A stretch of DNA of 64,000 bases from Macrostomum lignano (lineage: Eukaryota): the NCBI GenBank assembly GCA_002269645.1, contig NIVC01003582.1:1-64000 (forward strand). Reading direction: 5' to 3'. Below are positions 47,903-61,140 of this stretch, in pieces. The notes below the pieces were generated by a model that saw only the letters and a list, made by a program, of their open reading frames with translations, was not told where the DNA came from and searched no databases. Position 1 is the first letter of the stretch; the number at the start of each line of letters is the position of its first letter. Both the position numbers and the translations under genes were made by a program.

Positions 47903-49737
47903 TCAGTTGGTGTCACCAGTGTACTGCTGCTCCAGTGTCTTGTCAATGTCCTCGAATTCGTTGCGTAGAGTGGCAAAGGTGGGCCTCTCGTCCGGGTTCT
48001 GATTCCAGCAGGCCATCATGTACTGCTGGTGAATGCGCAGGGCGATCTCTTCGTCTGACCGAGACATTCCGGGCGTTCGCGGCACCGGGAGGCGATTTCT
48101 GGGATTCTTTACAAACTGCATGACCTCCCGGTTGGACATGCCGACGTAGATTGAGCCGCCCAGGGTGAGGATCTCGTACAGAAGCACTCCGTAGGACCAA
48201 ACGTCCGACTTGGTGGTGAAGCGGTTCTCATGCATCGCCTCTGGAGCGGTCCACTTCACCGGGAACTTGCCCAGTGACTCCGCCTGGTAGATTTCATCAT
48301 CTTGAACTACCCTGTAAGTTAGTTATTTCAAGATTTTTTAGAAACAAGAAGTACTTATTTCAATATTGAGACTAAAGTCAGTTACCTGGCCAAGCCAAAG
48401 TCTGCCACCTTGACAAAGTTATCCTTGCCGACCAGCACATTGGCTGCCCGAAGGTCTCGGTGGACGAACTTCTTCTCCTCCAAGTAAGCCATTCCGTCTG
48501 CGATTTGGTAGGCAATGTCTAGCAAAGTGGCCATCGGCAGTTTGCTGCTGCCCGAGTTCGACTTTCTCAGATAGTCCAGCAGCGCGCCATTCTCCATGAA
48601 CTCCGTGATGATGTAGATCTGGTCGTTTGGCTCGAGAATTTTGGTACACACTCCCAAAATGTTGACAATCTTCGGGTGGGACAGCTTGTGCATGATTTTT
48701 GCCTCCTCTAGGAATTTTTCCTGCGACATGGCCGTGTCGGGCTTTAGCGTCTTGATGGCCACGTCAAGGATACCGTTCCATTTGGCCAGCCACACTGGAA
48801 AGCGTTGAGTTTTTATTCATTATCTAATTTATTAAAATTTTATCTGATTCTAATAATCAATAAGCAACAGACCATTTTACCGTTCCGCATAATTCAAGGC
48901 ACAGACAGTATCAGAAACTCTTACCCTCGCCGAAGCTTCCAGCTCCAAGTTTTCGCACCATGCTGAGAGTCTGGCGGGGAACTTCGATGTCTTTGAACTG
49001 CACAGTCGGTGGGTCTGTCGGACAAGGCTCGGCCAATGGCGAGCAGAGACCACCGTCTAGGTGAGCAGAAGAAAAAATTGAGTTTGTACAGATCAATCGT
49101 CCATAATTAATAAGTTTCAATGAAAGTTGCTTTGTTTTTTCATAGCTTTGTTTCACTCACTTTTGTATTCATCGATCAGCTTCTGCACAGTCGGGTAGGT
49201 CTTCGACTTGTTGATGAAGAACACAGTTTCATCAGCCGAGTTCTTGATTTGGTAGTGCTTCACTAAGAAGTTGTTCTCGCATCGTCGGTCCGGAGTTCGA
49301 ACGCTGAGCGCCAGCTTGGCCAAACCAGCGTTCTGCCTGGCGCACGGCCGGATGATGTAGGTGCCAGCCTGCAGGCCGGCGCGCAGCAGCATCCGATTTG
49401 CGTCCATCCGGTTGCAATCCATCCAGCCAGATAGCTGGCACGGCAGGCCATTGTACTTTGTGATGTAGTTGTAGGGCACCAGACCGCTCCTGTTTGTCTC
49501 AAGGTTGCGCGCCTTCCACCACTGGCTACTCTGGCACTGCTCGGCGGTGAACTCCAACTCGATCATGTCGCCTCTGCAGATGGTGAGCTCGTCCGGCTGC
49601 GTAGCCACGAAATTGTGGATTGCCATGTAGACGTTGCGGTCTGCTGGCCGGACGGCCGACTTGTTGAGCTCAGCCTCGGCGTTTCCCGGCGAGACGCCCG
49701 TGCGCGGCTGCGTGCAGACTGAGAAGACGCTGCCCAT
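47903..49737 (-). CDS. Src-family non-receptor tyrosine kinase (SH3-SH2-kinase), 4 exons
   Basis: Exons 49161-49737, 48925-49056, 48386-48794, 47903-48311. MGSVFS myristoylation start, SH3, SH2 (YIIRPC, VKHYQI), LGAGSFGEV, HRDLRAAN, DFGLAR, FPVKWTAPEA, SDVWSYG, C-terminal QQY tail. Confidence 0.95.
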
Positions 49738-50740
49738 TGTTGCTCTACTGTGCTGGATGTTCGTGCAAAGCGTACGCAGTGGAAGCTCGCTATGGCATTT
49801 ATTTGCTGTTGTTAGCCAGGTGAGCCTGAACTTGGCGGACCAGTGCCAGGCAACTTGTGGAGTCGCGAGTGTTTACATCAATTAGCAACTGCATTTCCCC
49901 CGTATCAGACTGGACACGCACAGCACCACTAGATGCAGCCTCGCTGCGACAACCTCAGTTTCACGAATCATCCAGAATTATCTCGCATGCGACATGCGCC
50001 CCGGCTAGAAGCTGTAGTAATTGCTTATCTCTTCGCCCCGCAGTATCTGACTTCTATAAGCGGATCTCTCTCTTTCTCTCTAGCCCTCAAATATGGCGCG
50101 GTATCTACTATATTGAACGATCTAAAGTCAAATTTGGTCCCCACCCTCTCTCTCTCTCTTCTGCTTTAGTCTTGGTATTTGAAGTCTAGCCTGCCAGAGC
50201 AGTTGACTACAGGATGTGCACTGCGGCGCTATTGTTTATCACAGCCTGCGACACCCCACTGTGACCAAATTCTAGCTAAGCACCGTCTGTGAATCAGTGA
50301 AGCTAAATGCATAAAGCTGATATTACCTTTCAGCTGGATTTCATCGTATCATCGCATCAGCTAACAATTAGCCCCCCTTCAAATATTGCATAGCTAAAGC
50401 ACCAAGGGCTATCGGCATTTCGCATGCACCGTACCTTGAAGGCTAAGTCACAGCGGCCCTGACTTTATCATCTTTACACTCTATGTACGATGTGTACGAT
50501 GCGATACGATGAGGGTGTGAATTTCTGGAAAAGCTGCTGTACACGATTTCCAAATTTGTGTGACTGAACTAAACTTTAAGAGTAGACAAGCGTTTTCCAT
50601 ACGAGTCACTGTCACTGTATTTCTAAGCATGCTGCTAATTGTTACGTCTTTCATATGAAGAAAAACTATGAGCTACTTCTCAAATAGTATACAAAGCACT
50701 TTTTACAGAGATTTAAAACTGACAATAGGATGGTCCCAGT

Positions 50741-51445
50741 TGTGACGAATAAGGCGGAAGACTTTGTGTAGTGGATAATTGGGATTAATCTACGATCCAG
50801 CAGATCAGCAGCCGATTTTATCCTTAGCGTGAATTTGCAGATTTAGTATATTTAGATAGACATTTAGTATATTTGGATTGGTACTTAATTTGATGCGCCT
50901 AGCAAGGGCCGGTCAGGATTCAGTTGATTGGTGGGTGGGCCGAGGCAGGCGGTAGAGGGTTAAGGTAAAGAGGCCAGACAGCTAAGGGATCCACAAGCTT
51001 AGAGCGAGAAGCGAAGCGAGGAAGCAAATGGAGAGAGCGGCCGCTGACTGCAAGTGTATATTTATAATTGGTGAGTAAACAAGATAACAACAAGCTAATC
51101 CAAAAACCAGACAAACCCCACTCAGGCGCAATGTACATGTACAAATTATTCGATAAAATACGATTATCGTGCAAGAATAACTATAACGCCAGTACGTGTA
51201 CGTAGATGGAACTACTTTACGAGAAATAATACGATATGCAAGAAAAATATAAATACAGAAAATAAAGAAAATAAATAAATAAATAAATACGAGGCTACAA
51301 AAACCTACAGATTCAGCAGTAACATTAGCGCAATAATATCATACGTGTTGAATATTGTTAAAATTAAAGAATACAAGTAGTACGGTATGCATGCGAGATA
51401 AGGAAATACGATGCATATTAGGCTTCTACGAATTACACTGTCACA
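50741..51445 (-). repeat. 3' LTR of the Gypsy element
   Basis: Direct repeat of 58968-59608 plus 61146-61183, with scattered substitutions and small indels; TG...CA ends. Confidence 0.95.
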
Positions 51446-52405
51446 CCCGCCCCTCCTCCGAAAAGAGCTGTGACAATAATTAGTAGTTAACGAAACAAAA
51501 TGAAAATTATTGAAGCACGAAAGAACCGAAAATAGAGGAATGAACTTATAACGATCGACGAGAACGATAACAGATATTGCAGCGGTGAATATTTGAATGA
51601 ATTTGGGATTAAAAATCCATATCAGAAGTCAATATTTTAGATATTTGTGGAAACTTCTGAAGGGACAGTAATATAGCAACAAGGGATACGAAAAAACCAA
51701 TACGAAAAAAATTATTATGCAGATCAAAATATATGCTGCTGAATTACATGACATGATATATACAGACACAGTTCAATGCATTGATTTCTAACTAGATGTA
51801 ATTTGCTAAACGGTAACTCGGCACAATAACCTAATAAAGTGGCCTGTCTGCCAGCACCACACAGAATGACAGGCACACATTAAAGAAGACAGCAACGCGA
51901 GATGAAGATGGTAGCCCCTAGTTTACCTAAGAACCCCAAAACACACGCGAGAAGAGGAAACGGAAAAAGAATTTGGGCAAGCCCAGAGGCGAGCCCAGGT
52001 TCACGCCGACGCGAACCCAGCCGAGGACCGGCCAATGCTGACCGCGAGGGCACGCCCACTGAGCGCTGGAAACCGACCTCGGAACAACGAAACTAACGAG
52101 TGAACATAACAGCTTAACGAACGGCAGAGAACGCGCTAAAGACCGACAAGCGCTGCTTAACTCACAAACGAAACGCGATTAAATGACGATGCAAATTAAC
52201 AAACTCTTGGACTGCTTTTATCCGAAAACTATTCATACATTGATGTTACACGTATCTACATGTACATGCATGAGCCCTGTACTCCGTTCTCTAATCTGTT
52301 TATTTTATTTTCTGTCAATTATATTAGTTTTTATGCAGTTTTAAAGGAAAATTTTCTGAATGATAAGTTTACCGATCTTGATTTTTGAGTTTTGATTGAT
52401 TTTTA

Positions 52406-55400
52406 TTAATTAAATAGCTGTGCTAGAAAATTTCGAAAACGTGACGGTTTGGTAACAATTCTTCCGGATCTAGTCGTCTGTGTCGATTGAGACAAGGAAA
52501 TGGCGTCAATCTGTTCTTGTGGAACGACAGCTTCCATCATGGTCTCACTGTCAGGATCCTCGATGGTTTCTACCGGCATAGCTTCCCCCCTAACGGGACT
52601 GTCTTCGGCTGGAGCTTGCTCCTCGGTGACATCTTCTGCAGCCTCCTCCAACAGATCGCCATTTTCATCGAACATAGCTCTGCTATTCTGCTCACTGTTC
52701 GAAACCTCGTTCAGGTCACCTTTATCGAGTACCTCCGCCTCTCCTTCCAAGGCCTCTATCGGCGCTGGTGGCACTGCAACTGGCAGGTCGGGAGCGGCAA
52801 CTGTGATAACCTGCTGGGACTCATCCACAAGCGCTGATGATGCACTTTCTGAAACCTGGAGCGGTGGGGTCGCAGCACTTTGATTAGAACCGGTGATGGA
52901 ACGCGAAGACTCCCAGGTAGACTGGTCGTCTCCTCGCAAGCCTAATCTTGACGACGGCATTCTGGCTGGCATGCGAGTCCCGTACCTGTCGACAACATCT
53001 TCATATGTCTGTTTGTGCACACAGCGCTTCATCCGATCGATATTGCACACATTGTGAGACGGGTTGGGAATGCGCTCCAAAGGATTTATTCTAGCGAATT
53101 TTGGAATGAGTCTGTAATTCCTCTCCGAAATCTTTTGCACCACTTTGTACGGTTCTAACCAGACAGCACTGTCGAGGCCACGATGGTTGGCGTTGAGGAC
53201 CCATACAAGATCGCCTATCTCGAAGTTCGAGTTCAGCGCGCTGCGGTCATAGTAGCGCTTTTGGCGCTCTTGAGCTTTTCCACGGGCATGGCGCGCAGCG
53301 GCTGACACCTTAACGAGCGTCTGGTGCAGATAATGTGCATGCAGTTCAGGTCTGCACCTATCTTGAACTGGTGGACTATGATCGAGATCCAGTGGCAGAT
53401 TTAGCTCGTGTCCAAAAAAGATCTTTGCGGGAGAAAATCCAGTGGACTCGGCGACTGTTGCCCGAATCGAGAGAGCTGTTAACCGGGCCACAAGAGGCCA
53501 ATCGAACTGCCGATCCAACCAAATAACACGAATCTGACCTTTTACTGTCTGTATCATTCGCTTAACCTTCCTGTTCGCTTGTGGACCTTCCTGTTCGATT
53601 GTGGACGTCGTGATGTGACACGCGCCATGTCCACGTCGAGAAGTCGAGTGAGCTCAGATACTGTGCTGTTGGCTGTGTTGCATATGCTGCATGCTATGCT
53701 GCATTATTCATAGATTTATTTTCTTCTAAAAGTAGTCTATGTGCCATCGGGGCAAAATGCTACCGTACACCTTGTTTGCTAGAAACTTCAATGCCCTTAA
53801 CGGTAAAGAAGTATAAGAGCGATCTTCGTGCTCATGCCAATTTGGAGCTGCTCAAATAACGCCCTCCTTCAATTCATAAACCCAAGTGCCTTCGTGTTCT
53901 TCAACCGTAACAGTGCTGTTGACAAAGGCTGTACCGTTGTTCGAGACAATCTGTTCCATGCACCCGTATCTCGCGATCCATTCGGTTAGGATATTGACCG
54001 CGGTCGTTTCCGCTGAAACATCGGCTACGGGAATAACCTCTACAAAACCCGAAAATCGGTCTACCATTACGAGCAAGTACTTATATCCTGTTTGCTCGGG
54101 AAACGGACCTGCGTGATCGACGTGGAATACCTGGTTCGGGTAGCCCGAGAGTTCGGGCTGCAGTGGGGCTTTATGCTTTAGTTTTGACTTTTTCGTTCTA
54201 GCGCAGGCTTCACACTCAGCTAGATTCCCTTGACATACGTTTCTAGGTCGGCGATGGCAAAACGAGATCGAATAGCTGTCAGGGTTTTTGTAATGCCACT
54301 AACAGCATCAAATAACAAATAACATTCATTAACAGCATCAAATAACAGGAATCACTAACAGCTTATTGGTTGACCTAGTGTTCTTTTTCGGCTTAAGTTG
54401 ATATAGGAGGCCGTTTTCGACCTTCAGTTCATCGAACAGCACCACAAGATTCTAACTTCACGACTGCAACTCTGCAGGCTAGCCTTAGGAGGCTTTTCTG
54501 CACGGCCCTGCACGCAATCGATCAGTTGAGCGATGTCAACGCAAGTCTCTTGTGATTCGCGTGCCCATTCTAGTTCCGGGTTAAACCGACTCGACTGAAG
54601 ATTTACTGGATGCCGATTGTTCAGCTTCAGCTACCCTAACTGCTAGTCGAGACGTTTCGATTGGCATTGTCGCTTCGACAGCAGCCTCTGCAACTGGAGT
54701 CGCAGTGAAAAATGTGCACTGTGCTGATGTGTTGGTTGTGACTTTTTCGGTTTGACAAGCTAATGTTACTACTGTTTCGATATTGTGACGGCTCGTGACA
54801 GGCGAGTCCATCTGGCCACATACGTCCGCTACAAAGCATTGCACTGCGGCGTCAACTTGTTGCCTCCTGATGTTAACTGATGCTGACTTTTGTGCCTTCT
54901 CGCTTTTAAATTTCTCTTGAAATGCGGGAACCATGCTGCATGACGGGCAGTCGAAGTGATCGGCACGAAAGCGAGGATTTCGGCTCAGCATATCTGCCGT
55001 GACATGGTCTTTCCCTGGCCGGTACTGGACCTCAAAGTCGTATTCTCCGACTATTTGAAGAGCTGACTGTTCGATGTTGAATTCGTACAAATCTATGGTC
55101 GCGAGTCACTGCGCGAGCATGCCTGTGGCATGCTTCTTAGAATGAAGCCACTGAAGGGCTGCGGCATCCACTCTGACTGTAAAAGGTCGATCTAACAGAT
55201 ATGTACGGAAGTTTTCTAACACGAGCACTAACCCTAGTAACTCGCGCATGGTTGCACTGACTGTGAAAATTTCTTGAATGCGTACGCAACGACTTGTTCT
55301 GACCCATCTGGGCCAATCTGAGACAGCACGCCGCCAAATCCTTCAAGTGAACTGTCGCAGTCGAGAACGAACCCACGACTGTCGGGAGACAGGTCCGGAT

Positions 55401-58292
55401 ACGCTAATACTGGTGGGTTACACAAACTGCGCTTGAGTTCTTGGAACGCACGTTCGGGCGTTCTAACCACACGAACTTTTCTGAACCTTTCGCCAACACG
55501 TACAGCGGCGTGGCAATAATTGAGAATCGTTGTACGAATTTCCTTTAATAGTTGGCAAAGCCGAGAAATGCCATTAACTGTTTCTTGTCTTTCGGTCTAC
55601 ACCACTCTTGAACTGCTCGAGTCTTGGCTGGGTCGGCTTCGATACCGTTAGACGAGAATAAGAACCCTAAAAACTTAACTCTGTCTTTGAATAGCTCACA
55701 CTTCGCAGGTTTAATCTTCAGATTGGCCTTGCGAAGTTGCCAAAGCACCAGCGCTAGGTGCGCGATCATTTGGTCGTTATTCTGTGCCTTTATTATTATG
55801 TCATCGAGATAAATTAAGCTAACTTTCATAAGCAATGGCTGGAATACCTTGTGCATTAATTTAGCGAAGTTCGCGGGAGCTGTTTTGATCCCAAAAGCTA
55901 GGTATTACCTTCCAACGAAACGTGCCTTGCGGACAAGAGAAAGCTGTAAAATCTCTGTCTTCTTCTTTGATTCCCACCTGCCAATAAGCAGATGTTAAGT
56001 CAAGGCTACTAAGCACCGAAGAACCAGCCAGACTATCAAACGACTCGTCAATTAATGGCAATGGAAAACTACAGGGTCTAATTAACTTGTTTACAGCTCG
56101 GTAGTCCATACATAGTCTCTGAGACCCGTCTTTCTTCTTAACTAACACTATCGGTGATACCCAGTCTGAATCACACTCTTCAATTACATCCTGCTTGAGT
56201 AGTTGACTAATATGTTGATCTAAGAACTCCTTTTGAGCTGGAGTTGTTCTTCTCGAAGCGAGCAGAACCGGACGACTGTCCTTCTCAATCAGATCGATTG
56301 ACATTTCATGTAGCTTAGTACGACCGAGATCACTATCATCCTGTGAGATCTGGCTTAAGAAGTAATTAAGCGTGCGCAAAGTTAGAGCTAACTGATTTGG
56401 AGTCAGACTGGACTGGTCGAGTCGGAACTGTTTCACAAGCCATTCTGCTGTACCTTTTTCTGGTGGTGGTAATCTTGAAATCTTACTGTTAAGGAGATTG
56501 CAGTTGTCTATGGAAAAATCCCTCTGACAGAGCAGTTGGTACCACGACTTCTCCCTGGCCTAGCTCTTGAAAAGATGCAATCTCTTGGTCACGCTCAATC
56601 CTAGCTGGTTGATCGCTACTATTTAGCAATCGGACTAACACGTGATTCGTCGGGCTGACTCTATCTACTGACCTAGCCACAAAACATTCGGAGCCCGTAT
56701 TGAAAAGTTTAGAAGTGACATTCAAGTTCGGCACAGTGTCAATCACTCGACTCGGCACTAGGGTTTCCGAGTGAGGTGGTAGTTCAGAGGTACAAGCAGC
56801 CAAAACACGGCGCATGCGAAACACCCCCTTATCGCCCTCAATCACAGGCATGCCCCACCGGCCACGAGTACCTGGCCACAGGTGAAGTCCAGCAGCACCT
56901 GGAAACCACGGACGAAATCAATACCTAAGAGCGATTCAGCAGTGGATTCTTCGGTCACAAGGAAAACGTGATGCTTTTTAATCTTGCCTATAGTTCCACT
57001 TCGCAACGTAAAGAGCCTAAAATCTGGGTGGCGGACCCGTTTAAAGCCGTCGCCTTTGCGCCTTTGTGCGCTGGCGAAAAGATGTTGTTGATCGGATCGG
57101 CTTCAACCAGTCTCTCCATGGCCTGCTTCTCCATCACGCTGGCGTTTGCTCCTGAGTCAAAGCAAGCCATGACCTGGTTGTCCCCGATTCGCAACTGGAC
57201 AAAGAAGCTGGAATCCACCGCATGCTCATCGGAACTACGAGTAGTTTGGCCTAAATGCGTCTGATAAATCCATGGAATTGGCCTTACCCCACAAGCCTGA
57301 TCGCGCTTTTTGCCAGAGTCAATTTTCCGATGGAATTGGACTCTTGTGCCTACGAGCTGGTGCTGGTCAGCGGAACGGTTCAAGGATTCAGACAGCTCAC
57401 CACGGTGAAAGAAGAGTTGGTTAGGAAGTTGTTCTGATTGAATGAAATCGAAGTTCCCCTTCCAGGAAACAATTGAACCAACCTTCGACGTGTGCTGGGT
57501 CTGACCATTTGGAGGATGACTAGCGGTCTGGTGAGCCATTGGAGGTGATGGTGTGATGGGACAGTCGGCAATGAAATGGTCCTCACCACCGCACCTGTGG
57601 CACTTCCTTGATCTTGACACCGCTGTACCAAATTGCTGAGTTGCTCCGTGATTTGGCGGTTCTTGTGCTTGTTATGTGGCTTGTGTTGGTTTGAATTTTG
57701 GATTGACTTGTTAGAAGGTTGTGGTTGATGAGAGGTCTGCTAACCGGGCATAAGATGCTAACCTATCGTAAAACTCGGCAATCGATTCGGTGCTGTTCTG
57801 GTGAGCGGCAACTATAGTTCAATATAACTTTTATCCCTAATGTTAGAGTCAGTGTAACGCACTCTCATAGAATTCAGTGCCTCTTCACAGGTCTGGTCCG
57901 TGAGATTGTTATTTAGAAAACTCCTGGCATTCTGGTGACAGAAGGGACAGCAGGACTGCAGTCTGTTGAAAGTAAGGAACCCTATGAGCTTCAATGTACG
58001 CATTGAACTGAGCTTCCCAAGCATCAAACTTCGTGGTGCAAGTGAACAACGGTGGCGGCCGAAGTTTAATGCGGCCCCCTGTTTCCTTCTGTCTGTTGAC
58101 TCTGGTAGAACGATTGAGAACGGGACTCTCTTGAGAATTGATTTTCTAACAACCGGTGCAGTGCGTCAATGGTATTAGCAAGAAGTGGCTCTGAGTCTGT
58201 GGTGTTGCTTGCCACAAACTTTCTTTCCTGAGCAGAAGCGTCTGGATTTGGAGCCGCCAGTGCATGGCACCCCTGTCCTCGCGGTCACTCAT
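52406..58292 (-). pseudogene. Gypsy gag-pol, broken by multiple frameshifts and stops
   Basis: gag about 57590-58292 (PPLF..FDAWEAQFNAYIEA; CHRCGGEDHFIADC), protease FDSGAN about 57150, RT 55545-56300 (SPIVLVKKKDGSQRLCMDYR; IYLDDII), RNase H about 55130-55470, integrase about 53560-54300 (HVDHAGP; VMVDRFSGF), C-terminal ORF 52406-53557. Confidence 0.9.
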
Positions 58293-58659
58293 GATCGGCT
58301 CGGCAAAGAAGGAAGATAAACGAAGCAAAGCGAAAGAGAGCAAACGACGAAGAAACAGACGAAAGAAAAGCAAAAAACACACTGAAAGTCTGGCGGAGGA
58401 AAATACCAGCCTACAGGAGCCTAAATTCACGCAAACCAGAGCAAAGCCGCCAGACAGAGCCCTATGCACACAAGCAGACAGGCTCACCCTTCTCAGGCTA
58501 TTGAGGCTAATTGCAGATGGAACCGGCTCCACTGGCAGCGGCCGCAACGAACGCCGGGTCAGCTCGGTCGCCTGGGTCGCTGTGGCTGTCGGATTCGCCG
58601 CGGCTCGCCGAGTTCACCGAGCCGTTGAGTCGTCGGGGCCACCGGGTCGCCGAGTTCAC

Positions 58660-58860
58660 AGGTTTTCTGAGTCATCGGGGTCTCTGTGTTGCCGAGATCA
58701 CCGGGTTGCTGAGTCGTCGGGGTCTCTGTGTTGCCGAGATCACCGGGTTGCTGAGTCGTCGGGGTCTCTGTGTTGCCGAGATCACCGGGTTGCTGAGTCG
58801 TCGGGGTCTCTGTGTTGCCGAGATCACCGGGTTGCTGAGTCGTCGGGGTCTCGGTGGCGT
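58660..58860. repeat. 42-bp tandem repeat in the Gypsy 5' leader, about 4.5 copies
   Basis: Unit GAGTCGTCGGGGTCTCTGTGTTGCCGAGATCACCGGGTTGCT, located between the PBS and gag. Confidence 0.9.
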
Positions 58861-59606
58861 CGAGTTCATGCACTGGGTTTGTTGAGTCTGTTGAGTCTTT
58901 GTCTCGGTGGCGCCGAGTTTATTGGGTTTGTTGAGTTGCCGTAGTCTCGGTGCGACTTCCAAATTTATGTGACGAATAAGGCGGAAGACTTTGTGTAGCG
59001 GATAATTGGGATTAATCTACGATCCAGCAGATCAGCAGCCGATTTTACCCTTAGCGTGAATTTGCAGATTTAGTATATTTAGATAGACATTTAGTATATT
59101 AGGATTGGTACTTAATTTGATGCGCCTAGCAAGGGCCGGTCAGGATTCAGTTGATTGGTGGGTGGGCCGAGGTAGGCGGTAGAGGGTTAAGGTAAAGAGG
59201 CCAGACAGCTAAGGGATCCGCAAGCTTAGAGCGAGAAGCGAAGCGAGGAAGCAAATGGAGAGAGCGGCCGCTGACTGCAAGTGTATATTTATAATTGGTG
59301 AGTAAACAAGATAACAACAAGCTTAATCCAAAAACCAGACAAATCCCCTCAGGCGCAATGTACATGTACAAATTATTCGATAAAATACGATTATCGTGCA
59401 AGAATACTATAACGCCAGTACATGTACATAGATGGAACTACTTTACGAGAAATAAAACGATATGCAAGAAAAACAAATAATAGAATAAATAAATACGAGG
59501 CTACAAAAACCTAAAGATTCAACAGTAACATTAGCGCAATAATAATACGTGTTGAATATTGTTAAAATTAAAGAATACAAGTAGTACGGTATGCATGCGA
59601 GATAAG

Positions 59607-61140
59607 GAGCCTCTTCATTTCGCCGGTTCGAAAAACGGAACCAGTTCCGAACCGGTTCGACGCTCTTCATATCGATGGTTCGAAAAACAGAATCAGTTCC
59701 GGAACATGGTTCTGATTCTGGAATATGGTTCGAGAAATTTTCTCGAACCGTTGTCATGTTCACACTTTAACAGTAAAATATATTTGAAATCGTCAATTTT
59801 TTATTATTGTTACATAATTATTCCGTTCTTTGTCATATCCAAGAAGAAACAAACTCAAAGAACGACAAAATTAAATTGTTAAGACTGTCAAACATAAAAT
59901 AGGTTCGAAGCTCCTCATTTCACACTGGTTCTGGTTTTAGAACTCGAATTTATTCTGGTTCTAGAACCGTTTGTCGTGAAGAGTGTGATAAATACAATAT
60001 ACGATACGGCAAATAGATTAGGCCATAGACAAACCTACGACGTATTATTGGAGCATGTAGAGATTTTCAAACTATTGGTCCTATTTGCCTATCGCCGGTC
60101 GGCGAGTCCTACCAGACTTTCTCCAATAGTCGCAGGTACGGTACAAGTAAATAACGAACGCGATTGAAGCGAGTCAAGCGGATTTAGAGAGTGATAGTCC
60201 TAGATGATAAAGGCTAATCAAGATTGTGACACTAATTTACAAAGTAGTTACTTGAAATCAATTACAAACTTCTTAATACGCAAACTCGCAACGCAATTAA
60301 TATTCGAGCACGGATAACAACGATATAATTAATTAGTTACGCACTGGTGAGCGGATCTCAGCTCGGAAGAAGAAGAAAGACCGAACAGGACTACGGAGAA
60401 AGACTCCTAAACACTGGCCTAAACCCAAGCCTACTCTCAGGCGAGGACCCCGACGGATTGACAGTTCAGCGGAGCTCTGGCTAAGTCCTACCAGCTCTGC
60501 CCTTCAGTGCAACACTGAGGCCCTCGGGGTCGAGGCCACGTACTGTGTCAAAACCGTCAGTTCCTATCTAAACCGCGCTCGTCGACGACGCCCTCAGGAC
60601 AGGATTATCGCGGGCGTTACGCCAACAAGACTTTTGCGGTTGGGCGAGGGAATAACACAAGGACCGGGGGAGACGATGCAGACCAAGCGCCTCAAAGCGC
60701 GATAAGAAGGCGAAACGGCTGGGAGGTTGAACAAACTAAAGGCCAAAAAACAGAAGTGAGATCTGACCGCCAAAACACACTTTCATTTATAGTCACTGTC
60801 AAACCCCTCAAACCCCCCCCCCTCAAGCCGTGGTGGGTGGTGGGTGTCTGGCCGGCCGCTCGTTAAGCTGACTTGCACTGGACCCGCGGCGCTCTCTCAG
60901 ACCGGGTAGAACTTGTTTTTTTTGCCGCGTGCCAGGGTCCATGCCGATCACGATTGGCTGGCCGCGCAAAGCTGGGGTATGCTGGAAAACTTCGACCATC
61001 CGCTGTGTCACAATTGGCGTCCAGCTTCTGACCTGTTTACACAAAATAAACTCTAAACTAAGGGAAAAAAGTACATTGAAACGCGTGACTAAAACAAGCA
61101 AAATAAACTAACACAAAAGATGCTCACACTACAAGAGGTC
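59607..61140. mobile_element. MITE-like non-autonomous element (about 380 bp without its insert) inside the Gypsy 5' LTR
   Basis: The LTR breaks at GATAAGGA and resumes at AAGGAAATACG (duplication AAG to AAGGA). Termini GAGCCTCTTCA and TGAAGAG[insert]GTC are imperfect inverted repeats. Internal GGTTCGAA/GAACC palindromic motifs. Confidence 0.6.
59984..61133. mobile_element. Solo LTR of a different family (1150 bp) nested in the MITE terminus
   Basis: TG...CA ends (TGTGATA...CACTACA) flanked by a 4-bp TSD AGAG (59980-59983 and 61134-61137). TATA-like CTATAAA on the minus strand near 60790. No coding sequence. Confidence 0.7.
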
